The notes under the pieces are model-generated. The model searched no databases. It was not told where the DNA came from and saw only the letters and a list, made by a program, of their open reading frames with translations. From an uncultured Azospirillaceae bacterium (GTDB taxonomy: Bacteria; Pseudomonadota; Alphaproteobacteria; RF32; CAG-239), in assembly GCA_964655915.1 (NCBI GenBank), contig CAZZNV010000003.1, positions 15,299-79,298 of the forward strand: 64,000 bases of DNA, in the 5' to 3' direction. Position numbers and translations under genes: made by a program. Below are positions 28,070 to 36,389 of the stretch, piece by piece; position 1 is the stretch's first letter, and the number at the start of each line of letters is the position of its first letter.

Positions 28070-29437
28070 ATGGTGTTAAAGATTGCTATTGTCGGGCGCC
28101 CTAATGTTGGCAAATCAACCTTATTTAACCGCTTAGCCGGACGTAAAGTTGCTATTGTACATGACAAACCCGGAGTTACACGAGACAGAAGAGAAGCTGC
28201 CGCTACCTTGCAGGACTTAAAGTTTAGAGTTATTGACACCGCCGGTTATGAATATTCCAATGAAGATAACTTGGAAAAACGTATGTGGGAACAAACTCAG
28301 CGCGCCATTAATGATGCTGACGCCAGTTTGCTTATGTATGATGTCCGTGACGGAGTACAACCCTATGACGAACACTTGGCTGATTTACTGAGAAAAAGCG
28401 GAAAACCGGTTATTCTGCTGGCCAATAAATGTGAAGGACGTCTGCTTGAGGAAAGCGTTTATGAAGCTTATAAGTTGGGATTTGGCGCCCCCATTCCTTT
28501 TTCGGCAGAACACGGATTAGGCTTGCAAGATTTATATGACGCCCTGCAAGAAATTAATGAGAATAAATCAAACAATGAACCTTCCCAAGAAGAAAACGTT
28601 CCTTCTGACGATGTCTCCAAACAAAAACCGATACAGTTGGCTATTGTCGGGCGACCGAATGTTGGAAAGTCTACATTGGTAAACGCACTTCTTAAAGATG
28701 AACGTATGCTCACAGGACCGGAAGCCGGCGTAACCCGAGATGCGATTACAAGCGAATGGACCTATGACGGACGAAGAATTAATTTGGTGGACACGGCGGG
28801 TTTGCGCCGACAATCCAAAGTTGATGATTCTTTAGAAAAAATGTCGGCCGCAAGTACAAAACATGCCGCCTTTATGGCTCAGGTTGTTGTTTTGGTCTTG
28901 GATGGAAATGCTGTTCTTGACAAACAAGATTTAACGATTGCTCGTCAGGTTATTGATGAAGGGCGGGCGTTGGTTATTGCTGTTAACAAATGGGATATTG
29001 CAAACAGGCAAGAAGCTTTGCAGAAGCTTAACGATAAGCTGCAAACATCTTTAGCACAGGTTGAAGGTGTTCCGACGGTTACCATTTCAGCCCTGAAAAA
29101 TGAAAATCTGGATAAGTTAATGCGAGCTGTTTTTAAGGTTTATGACCGATGGAACACTCGTATTCCGACTTCACCGTTAAACCAATGGTTTGCAGATATG
29201 ATAGACAAATATCCGCCACCGTTGGGGAAAAACAAGCGCCGTATTAAATTGCGCTACATTACTCAGGCCAAAACTCGCCCTCCTGCGTTTTATATTTTTT
29301 CCAGCAATCCGGAGGGATTGCCTGATGCTTACTTAAGGTATTTGGTACATCAATTGAGAGAGACCTTTAATTTGGGAGGAGTTCCCATCCGAATGACGGT
29401 TAGAAAAACAAAAAATCCTTATGCCGACAAAGAATAA
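28070..29437 (+). CDS. der: Ribosome-associated GTPase Der (EngA)
   Basis: Two tandem GTPase domains, each with GRPNVGKSTL, DTAG and NK.D, plus a C-terminal KH-like domain. Confidence 0.95.
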   Translation: MVLKIAIVGRPNVGKSTLFNRLAGRKVAIVHDKPGVTRDRREAAATLQDLKFRVIDTAGYEYSNEDNLEKRMWEQTQRAINDADASLLMYDVRDGVQPYDEHLADLLRKSGKPVILLANKCEGRLLEESVYEAYKLGFGAPIPFSAEHGLGLQDLYDALQEINENKSNNEPSQEENVPSDDVSKQKPIQLAIVGRPNVGKSTLVNALLKDERMLTGPEAGVTRDAITSEWTYDGRRINLVDTAGLRRQSKVDDSLEKMSAASTKHAAFMAQVVVLVLDGNAVLDKQDLTIARQVIDEGRALVIAVNKWDIANRQEALQKLNDKLQTSLAQVEGVPTVTISALKNENLDKLMRAVFKVYDRWNTRIPTSPLNQWFADMIDKYPPPLGKNKRRIKLRYITQAKTRPPAFYIFSSNPEGLPDAYLRYLVHQLRETFNLGGVPIRMTVRKTKNPYADKE

Positions 29438-29633
29438 AAAAAGCGCCTTACAGTTTAATTAGGATATAAATCGCTCTGTATTTATTGCCTACCTATTTTA
29501 TCAAGCGGCATTGTTCTAAGCTGTCAAAATTTGGAATTTTGCGACGTATAATCGGCAAATCTTTCAGCATACGGTCACCTGAACTGTCCCATTTTTGGGG
29601 AACAGTTCAAAGCGGCGCTTTTTTTGTTTTCCG

Positions 29634-30422
29634 TTATTTCTTTGACTTCTTTGGAACAAAATGCTGATAAACATGCGAAAGGAACGAAGCCTTCAGCCCT
29701 GTATCCAAAAAAGACAGAGAAAGGTACAGCGCAACAAATATAAACTTAACAATATATGCTTGCGGTGCAGCCCATATGTATACTTTTTGAAGAGCCAGCA
29801 GTAAAACAATACCAGGAATCATTAACACAGCTTGGCCAAAGAAAATTCTCAAAGCATTATTCTTTGTCATAAAAAATGATTTACTTAACGTTATTTCGCG
29901 ATTATCAACGGCAGATGCCGGCAAAACAAGAAAGAACTTTGAAAGGTAAATTGCCAGCAGAACAGGGATAATTGACAATACCCAGAAAGATGTCCGCTCA
30001 TCAATATTCAGCATGGCGAACAGGAATGAGGCTGTCAAAATAACCAAAAAAGACGGAGCCGCAATCAGCAACAGAATCCCCATATTATAACCTAAATAAC
30101 GTACAAGTCGCTTTAAAAAAGCCATTGAAAAAAAGTCTTCTTGCTTTTTCAAGATAATTTGACGGCAACATCCTACCGAAATAGCAGAAGATACGACAAT
30201 CAGCAAAAGGTATGCGGCAGTAGAGCGCCAATCATCAACACAGGTTCTACTGTCCAGACTGCAGATTGACGGGAAACCGGTCAACATCTCATAAACAAGC
30301 AGACCGAAAGCAGGAGCTACCATCAACATAAAAGGTTTTATGTTTGTGACTATAAATAAAAAGCTCCTCTTGATAGTTTCCATAAAGGGAAGAACAATTT
30401 TTGTTTCATCGTTAGTCTTCAT
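29634..30422 (-). CDS. Hypothetical polytopic membrane protein (paralog B)
   Basis: Start set at the ATG at 30422, giving an ATGA overlap with the upstream paralog's stop. About 6 TM. Colinear with the upstream gene: an N-terminal amphipathic segment, an extracytoplasmic Cys pair, and a mid-protein S/T-K-x-hydrophobic..N.. loop. Confidence 0.6.
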   Translation of the reverse strand: MKTNDETKIVLPFMETIKRSFLFIVTNIKPFMLMVAPAFGLLVYEMLTGFPSICSLDSRTCVDDWRSTAAYLLLIVVSSAISVGCCRQIILKKQEDFFSMAFLKRLVRYLGYNMGILLLIAAPSFLVILTASFLFAMLNIDERTSFWVLSIIPVLLAIYLSKFFLVLPASAVDNREITLSKSFFMTKNNALRIFFGQAVLMIPGIVLLLALQKVYIWAAPQAYIVKFIFVALYLSLSFLDTGLKASFLSHVYQHFVPKKSKK

Positions 30423-31291
30423 TTTTTCTCTCCAAACAGATATGTCTTCTGCAGAATGCAATGATTAATAAAGAAAGTTGCCAGCAAAAACACCAGCATA
30501 TTATATACATATTCCACAATAATGCCAATATAAAACGTATTCTTATCGGGAACAAGCCTAATTTTTCCATTAAATAATATTATGGTAAAAAAGCTTGCCA
30601 GAAAAATCAAAGCCAAACTCAGTAGGATTCTTCCGCCGTTTCCCGCATTACGCCGCCAAACTTCTTTGATTGAGGGTAACTTCTCGCCCGCCCAAATAAA
30701 TGCCGGAACAGAATAGAAAAACATCGTGACAAACGGAACAACAAACCCCAAACCAATCAACGTAAAATAAACCACCTCAATTTGCCAATCAGGGTTAGGA
30801 ACTCGCATGAACAAAACATACCCCGATAACAATGAAAGCATATTCAAAAACAAAAACACCATAGTCGTCGCAAAGCTTTTCAAGTCATCTTTTTGCAAAC
30901 GCAGAATATATCTTACGTTTAATGCGGCTTGTTGCCAAACTATTTTATACCACCGAACGGCAAAAACCGAAATCATACCCAAAGTCAACAGGTGCATAAA
31001 GATATATGAGTACACGTTGTCTTGGCATTGATGCCCCAAACGATAATCCTGATACAAACACATATACGGATGTTTCAGCAAAAACGCCATCACGGTTAAA
31101 AAAGCAGATAAAACTGCCGCAATTAACAAATAGACCTTAAAATTACAGAAAACTATATTATACGGCCGCAACATAAAATCCAGTATAGGCATCTTTCTTC
31201 TTTGCTCTTCAACTTGAGGAGAACTTTCTTTATTAGGTTTATCGCTGATTTTATCAATAGCTTTTTGATAAAAATTCCATAGTTTGTCCAT
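30419..31291 (-). CDS. Hypothetical polytopic membrane protein (paralog A)
   Basis: The ATG at 31291 is 1 nt after the dnaE stop (31293-31295). About 6 TM. The architecture recalls the YciC/DUF975/GP-PDE membrane-domain class, but this is a weak assignment. Confidence 0.6.
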   Translation of the reverse strand: MDKLWNFYQKAIDKISDKPNKESSPQVEEQRRKMPILDFMLRPYNIVFCNFKVYLLIAAVLSAFLTVMAFLLKHPYMCLYQDYRLGHQCQDNVYSYIFMHLLTLGMISVFAVRWYKIVWQQAALNVRYILRLQKDDLKSFATTMVFLFLNMLSLLSGYVLFMRVPNPDWQIEVVYFTLIGLGFVVPFVTMFFYSVPAFIWAGEKLPSIKEVWRRNAGNGGRILLSLALIFLASFFTIILFNGKIRLVPDKNTFYIGIIVEYVYNMLVFLLATFFINHCILQKTYLFGEKK

Positions 31292-31292
31292 C

Positions 31293-34200
31293 TTAAATTT
31301 CCTTAACTGTTGTTACGCCGGCAAGACTTCGAATCCGCCCCAGAATATCTCCTTGCAGAGAAAAACCGCCTTGAAGTTCAATGCGAATATCCCAATTATT
31401 ATTATCAGGTATAATATAAATCTTATTTTTACCGTTTCTATCACTACTCAAAATCTGTTTCAGCAACGGCACAACCGAAACATCGTTTATATTAATCTCT
31501 AAACCGTCAGCAACATCAGAAATCGCCTTATCCAAAGTTTCTACACTATTAATCATTACTTTGGGATTACCTTCCTCTTGCTGGCGTTCAATTGAAACAC
31601 TAACTAACAGCGGAAGCCCTGAGTTTATTGTATTTTCATAACGTTGCAAACCTTCGGAAAACAGCAATCCTTCAAAATTGCTGGTTCCGTCGGAAATTTC
31701 CAAAAATGCATACTTGTTTCCGTTTTTACTTATTCTTTTTTGGAACGAATTGACGCATCCGGCCAACTTAGCGCGAATGGTGTCTCCGACACGAATTTCC
31801 TTGAATACATCACTGCATTTTTTTACACCCAAACGCTCTATCCCACGACTGTAACTGTCAAGAGGGTGCGCCGACAAATAAAAACCTATGGCCTCGGCTT
31901 CCAGCTTTAATTTTTCCAGCTCCGGCCAGTCGGGCTTTTCTGCTAATTTTACTTTTGACTGAAGCTCTTCATCACCAAATAAAGACGACTGCGAACTCGT
32001 TTTGAGTTCTGTTGCAGAAGAAATGTGCGAAACAATCGTATCTATGTTGGCAAAGAGTCTACCGCGGTTTTTATCCAAACAATCAAAAGCCCCCGCCTTA
32101 ATAAGCTGTTCCAATTGGCGGCGATTAATCTGTTTGGCATCTGTACGATGAATAAAATCAGAAATATCCTTATATGGACCATGCCGTTTTCTTTCTTCGG
32201 CGATTGCTTCCATGTTAGCGGCGCCGACACTCTTTACGGCGGCCAATCCGTAACGAATATTTCCATTTTCCACGGAAAAATCCGCATCTGATTTGTTAAT
32301 GTCCGGAGGGAGCACTTTAAAACCCATTTTTTTGCCCTCTTCCTTGTAGAACATTAACTTCTCGACATTGGTAATATCCAAAGACATAATTGCGCACATA
32401 AATTCCACCGGATAATGCGCCTTAAGATATGCGGTTTGGTAAGAAACCAAAGAATATGCCGCTGCGTGAGATTTATTAAAACCGTAGGAGGCAAACTTTT
32501 CCATCTGGTCAAAAATTTTGCTGGCCGTTCCTTCATCAATCCCTTTTTTAAGCGCACCTTCGGTAAACATCTTGCGTTGTTTGGGGATTTCATCACGCAT
32601 TTTCTTACCCATAACTTTACGCAGTTTGTCTGCTCCGCCCAAGGTATATCCCCCTAAAACCTGAGCAATCTTCATAACCTGTTCCTGATAGACCATAATA
32701 CCGTATGTTTCATCAAGAATCGGTGCCAAATCCGGATGCAGGTAGGTTATCTCCTCCTCACCGTGTTTGCGCTTGATATAGGTTGGAATATTATCCATAG
32801 GCCCCGGACGATACAAGGACACTATCGCAATTAAATCTTCAAAACGGTCGGGCTTTATTTGTTTGTGAACGTCTTTCATTCCCGGGGATTCAAACTGGAA
32901 AACCGCTGTTGTATCCCCTCTTTGCAACATTTCATAGGTTGCTTTATCATCTAAAGGAACTTTATCTATATCTAGGTCTATTCCCTGTTCCTTCTTCACC
33001 CAATCAACAGCGCGTTTAATTACCGTAAGTGTTTTTAGCCCCAAAAAGTCAAACTTAATCAAACCGGTCTCTTCAACAAATTTCATGTCATACTGAGTTA
33101 CCGGCATTTCGGCACGAGGGTCTTTATACAGAGGCACAAGCTGTTCCAGCGGGCGATCGCCGATAACCACTCCCGCTGCATGCACTCCTGAATGGCGATA
33201 AAGCCCTTCTAATTTCATGGCTATATCAAACAGCTTATTAACTTGCGGATCATTTTGCCGCATTTCCTCCAATTCGGGAACTTGATCTAAGGACTCCTGT
33301 AACGTGGGGTTCTTTCCTTGAACTCCCGGGGGTATCATCTTAGAGATTCTATCTGCTTGCGCATACGGCATTTGCAATACACGGGCAACATCTCGGATAA
33401 CGGCTTTCGACTGCAACTTACCGTAAGTAATTATTTGCGCCACATGATCAAACCCATATTTGTTTTGCACATATTCAATCGTTTTGGCGCGATTTTCCTG
33501 ACAAAAGTCAACGTCAAAATCGGGCATGTTTACACGTTCCGGATTAAGGAAACGTTCAAACAGCAAATCCAACTTAATCGGATCCAGCTCGGTTACTTTT
33601 AACGACCAGGCGACAATTGAACCGGCACCCGAACCACGCCCCGGGCCAACCGGAACATCATGTGACTTTGACCACCGAATAAAATCTGAAACGATAAGAA
33701 AGTATCCGGGAAAGCCCATCTTTTTAATAACGCTTAGTTCATAATCCAAACGAGCATAATATTTTTCATCTATTTCTTTTTTTTGCTCCGCTGTCATCCC
33801 TTCAAAATAAACGAAGTTTTGCATTCTTTCCGCCAAGCCTTTATGGGCTTCTTCGTCAATATATTCATCTTGCGTTTTTCCGTCCGGACATTCAAAAATC
33901 GGCAACAAAGGATTAACTTTTTCAGAAAGATAGTTGCAACGTTTGGCAATATTGACTGTATTTATTACCGCTTCCGGCAGATCCTCAAACAGCTTGACCA
34001 TCTCCGCACTGCTACGCAACCGATTGTTTGGTGAAAACTTTTTGCGGTTCTCATTAGCAACATATTCACCTGCCGCTATACACACAAGAGCATCATGCGC
34101 CTCGTACATATCCGCATCAAAGAAAAACGCCTCATTCGTGGCTACTAACGGAATATTATGCTTATACGCCAGCTCAATGAATTTATCCTCTGTTTGGCGC

Positions 34201-34808
34201 TCAACATCAAGCCCTATGCGTGCAATTTCCATATATAATCGGTTGCCTAAAAGCTTATGCAAACGAATTAGCGTTTCTTCCGCTTCGGCAGAACGATTTT
34301 CCAGCAACAAACGTCCTATCGGCCCTTCAACACCACCGCTTAAAACTATTAAACCCTCATGGTGTTTTTCCAAATCACAGAATTTTATTTGCGGCTTTTC
34401 ATTTGCTTGAGGATTATCCAAATAAGACAGCTTCATCAGATGCATAATATTGTCATAACCCTTTGCATCTTTTACCAACAAAATAAGCTTGTCCGGCTCT
34501 ATCGTACGCCCTTTGGACTTTAATACATCATCAGCATCAGGATTTCTGAAATAAAACTGGCAACCGAGAATCGGTTTAATCCCTTCATCTGACGCATATT
34601 TTGAAAAAGCTTTACCGCCAAACATGTTGGCTGTGTCTGTTATAGCAACAGCAGGAACCCCTTCGTCATGCAGGCGGTGCATTAAAGACGGAACTTTCAT
34701 TGCCCCTTCTGACAGGGAGTACGCCGTATGAACCCGCAGATGTATAAATGCGGGATCGGGCTTAGGAGAATTTCCCTCTATTTGCGGCTCTATCTGTTCT
34801 TCGTTCAT
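31293..34808 (-). CDS. dnaE: DNA polymerase III subunit alpha
   Basis: PHP domain (HLRVHTAYSLSEGA), polymerase core (PDFDVDF), HhH and OB-fold regions, colinear over the full length. Start set at MNEEQ (ATG at 34808), preceded by AAGGA. Confidence 0.95.
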   Translation of the reverse strand: MNEEQIEPQIEGNSPKPDPAFIHLRVHTAYSLSEGAMKVPSLMHRLHDEGVPAVAITDTANMFGGKAFSKYASDEGIKPILGCQFYFRNPDADDVLKSKGRTIEPDKLILLVKDAKGYDNIMHLMKLSYLDNPQANEKPQIKFCDLEKHHEGLIVLSGGVEGPIGRLLLENRSAEAEETLIRLHKLLGNRLYMEIARIGLDVERQTEDKFIELAYKHNIPLVATNEAFFFDADMYEAHDALVCIAAGEYVANENRKKFSPNNRLRSSAEMVKLFEDLPEAVINTVNIAKRCNYLSEKVNPLLPIFECPDGKTQDEYIDEEAHKGLAERMQNFVYFEGMTAEQKKEIDEKYYARLDYELSVIKKMGFPGYFLIVSDFIRWSKSHDVPVGPGRGSGAGSIVAWSLKVTELDPIKLDLLFERFLNPERVNMPDFDVDFCQENRAKTIEYVQNKYGFDHVAQIITYGKLQSKAVIRDVARVLQMPYAQADRISKMIPPGVQGKNPTLQESLDQVPELEEMRQNDPQVNKLFDIAMKLEGLYRHSGVHAAGVVIGDRPLEQLVPLYKDPRAEMPVTQYDMKFVEETGLIKFDFLGLKTLTVIKRAVDWVKKEQGIDLDIDKVPLDDKATYEMLQRGDTTAVFQFESPGMKDVHKQIKPDRFEDLIAIVSLYRPGPMDNIPTYIKRKHGEEEITYLHPDLAPILDETYGIMVYQEQVMKIAQVLGGYTLGGADKLRKVMGKKMRDEIPKQRKMFTEGALKKGIDEGTASKIFDQMEKFASYGFNKSHAAAYSLVSYQTAYLKAHYPVEFMCAIMSLDITNVEKLMFYKEEGKKMGFKVLPPDINKSDADFSVENGNIRYGLAAVKSVGAANMEAIAEERKRHGPYKDISDFIHRTDAKQINRRQLEQLIKAGAFDCLDKNRGRLFANIDTIVSHISSATELKTSSQSSLFGDEELQSKVKLAEKPDWPELEKLKLEAEAIGFYLSAHPLDSYSRGIERLGVKKCSDVFKEIRVGDTIRAKLAGCVNSFQKRISKNGNKYAFLEISDGTSNFEGLLFSEGLQRYENTINSGLPLLVSVSIERQQEEGNPKVMINSVETLDKAISDVADGLEININDVSVVPLLKQILSSDRNGKNKIYIIPDNNNWDIRIELQGGFSLQGDILGRIRSLAGVTTVKEI

Positions 34809-34890
34809 AAGGATTCCTTTTGGCATTATCATAAACAGATTTGCCGACAGACTCAATCAAAAAATATTAAATATTAAACCCGCCAATCCT

Positions 34891-34930
34891 TCAAAAAAAG
34901 ACACCCCCAAATTTCTTTAGGGGGTGTCTT
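34891..34930 (-). terminator. Rho-independent terminator after the DEAD-like gene
   Basis: 11-bp perfect stem AAGACACCCCC/GGGGGTGTCTT. The A-run at 34893-34899 becomes a T-run on the minus strand. Confidence 0.75.
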
Positions 34931-34945
34931 CCCGAAAAAATAAAT

Positions 34946-35734
34946 CTATTCCTCGCAACTGGCAAGAATCCCTTTAATCAGGATAAACTTTGGCGTACGT
35001 CCGTTAAAAGAACCATTTTTGGCAGCCAAAGTTTCTGCCTCCGTATCACGTACTTCCGTATAGTTTTGAGCGGTCGGTTTATTACTCTTTTTATTCACAG
35101 ATGAACGAGCCGTCAGTTCAGCTTCTTGTTCTTTAGCCTTATCCACTTTAATTTCTGCCGGTGTTTTGAGAATTTTTTCTAAAATCTCTTGAGTTTCCTT
35201 AGAACGGCGGTTTGTGTAAACAATATTTTGCTTTTCAGCCGGCAACAATGCCAAAACTTTTTCCAAGTTGTTTAATTGCTTATTCTTCTTTATTAGGTTA
35301 ATGTCATCAACAACCAAGATGTTTGTTTTGGAAAGGTCAACCCGACCATTATCAACAACATCCAGTAACAAATCCGGCGAACCAATAATAACGTTTGCCT
35401 CATTGTCAATATCTTCTTCTCCATCTTTGATTGTTGTCTCATTTATCTCGTGATATTTATTAAATATCGCCAATCGATCAGACGTGATGACCGATTGCTC
35501 CGAATTTGGCGTAACAATCAAAATGTTCTGAGCGCCTTTTGTGCTGATAATATCAACCAACGGAAACACATAAGACATTGTTTTACCACAACCCTGTGGC
35601 GCAATTGTGAAAACATCTTTACCGTCTAATATGGACGGGATAACATCAGATTGAACGGTTGTCGGCTCGGTGATTCCGAACTCTTCAATAGCACGGGCTG
35701 TCTGCTCGCTAAGCCCTAAATCTAAAAAATTCAT
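34946..35734 (-). CDS. Single-domain DEAD-box-like protein (RecA1 domain only, degenerate motifs)
   Basis: Q-motif GITEPTTVQ. Motif I APQGCGKT (GKT kept). Motif Ib-like GSPDLL. Motif II reads VVDDIN instead of DEAD. Motif III reads YTN instead of SAT. There is no helicase C-terminal domain; the C-terminus is a K/E/T-rich tail. Confidence 0.7.
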   Translation of the reverse strand: MNFLDLGLSEQTARAIEEFGITEPTTVQSDVIPSILDGKDVFTIAPQGCGKTMSYVFPLVDIISTKGAQNILIVTPNSEQSVITSDRLAIFNKYHEINETTIKDGEEDIDNEANVIIGSPDLLLDVVDNGRVDLSKTNILVVDDINLIKKNKQLNNLEKVLALLPAEKQNIVYTNRRSKETQEILEKILKTPAEIKVDKAKEQEAELTARSSVNKKSNKPTAQNYTEVRDTEAETLAAKNGSFNGRTPKFILIKGILASCEE

Positions 35735-35828
35735 GGTATTTCTTCTGTTTTAAATGGTTAATTTATTTTTTTTAGATATTATTTATTTTATATCAGATAG
35801 TCAACCCCAATCAAAAGGTATTTGTACG

Positions 35829-36389
35829 ATGTTAGCGAAACGTGATGAATCTTTACTCCTTCTCATTGATGTTCAAGAACGCCTGGCTCCGGCTATGGAC
35901 GAACCCAGAGAAGTGATTAACGGCTGTGCCCGTTTGGTCGGGGTGGCCAAGGCCTTAAATATTCCCTTTATTATTACCGAACAATATCCCAAGGGGCTTG
36001 GTCGAACAATGATTGACATCAGAAAAGAAGCCGGAGAAGATGCCGAATATTTTGAAAAACTTGAGTTCTCATGCGTTCAAAATGAAGAGCTGTTGAAAAA
36101 GATAAAAAGCTTTAAGAAAAAACAAATTATATTGGCCGGCGTTGAAGCTCATATTTGCGTTTTACAAACGGCTATTGACTTAAAAGATATGGGATATGAT
36201 GTTTTTGTGGTTTCAAACGCCTCTTCTTCGCGCAACCCGATACAAACGGTTGTGGCGTATCAACGCCTTATGCGCCACGGCATTGATATTGTCACTTCCG
36301 AGATGATATTTTTTGAGTGGTTGCAAAAAGCCGGAACCGAAGAATTTAAAAGAATATCAAAAGAATATATTACTAGCGTTCCCGTTTGA
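35829..36389 (+). CDS. Isochorismatase-family hydrolase
   Basis: LLLIDVQE... and the catalytic-Cys context GVEAHICVLQTAIDL are typical of cysteine hydrolases of the isochorismatase family. Start set at the ATG at 35829. Confidence 0.8.
   Translation: MLAKRDESLLLLIDVQERLAPAMDEPREVINGCARLVGVAKALNIPFIITEQYPKGLGRTMIDIRKEAGEDAEYFEKLEFSCVQNEELLKKIKSFKKKQIILAGVEAHICVLQTAIDLKDMGYDVFVVSNASSSRNPIQTVVAYQRLMRHGIDIVTSEMIFFEWLQKAGTEEFKRISKEYITSVPV

Noticed and set aside
29438-29633. The 196-nt spacer after der, with a TATAAT (29547-29552), an imperfect hairpin (about 29581-29610) and a T-run: a possible second small RNA.
   Set aside because: No convincing -35 element lies at a proper distance, the hairpin has a bulge, and the T-run is separated from it by ~10 nt. 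It is more simply a weak, distant der terminator. The 60-aa track ORF here starts on a non-ATG codon and looks spurious.
34946-35734. Interpreting the DEAD-like gene as a frameshifted pseudogene of a full-length helicase.
   Set aside because: No helicase C-domain remnants can lie downstream. A strong terminator follows the stop codon, and dnaE begins about 140 nt later. The ORF itself is uninterrupted. It is kept as a CDS and flagged as a finding instead.
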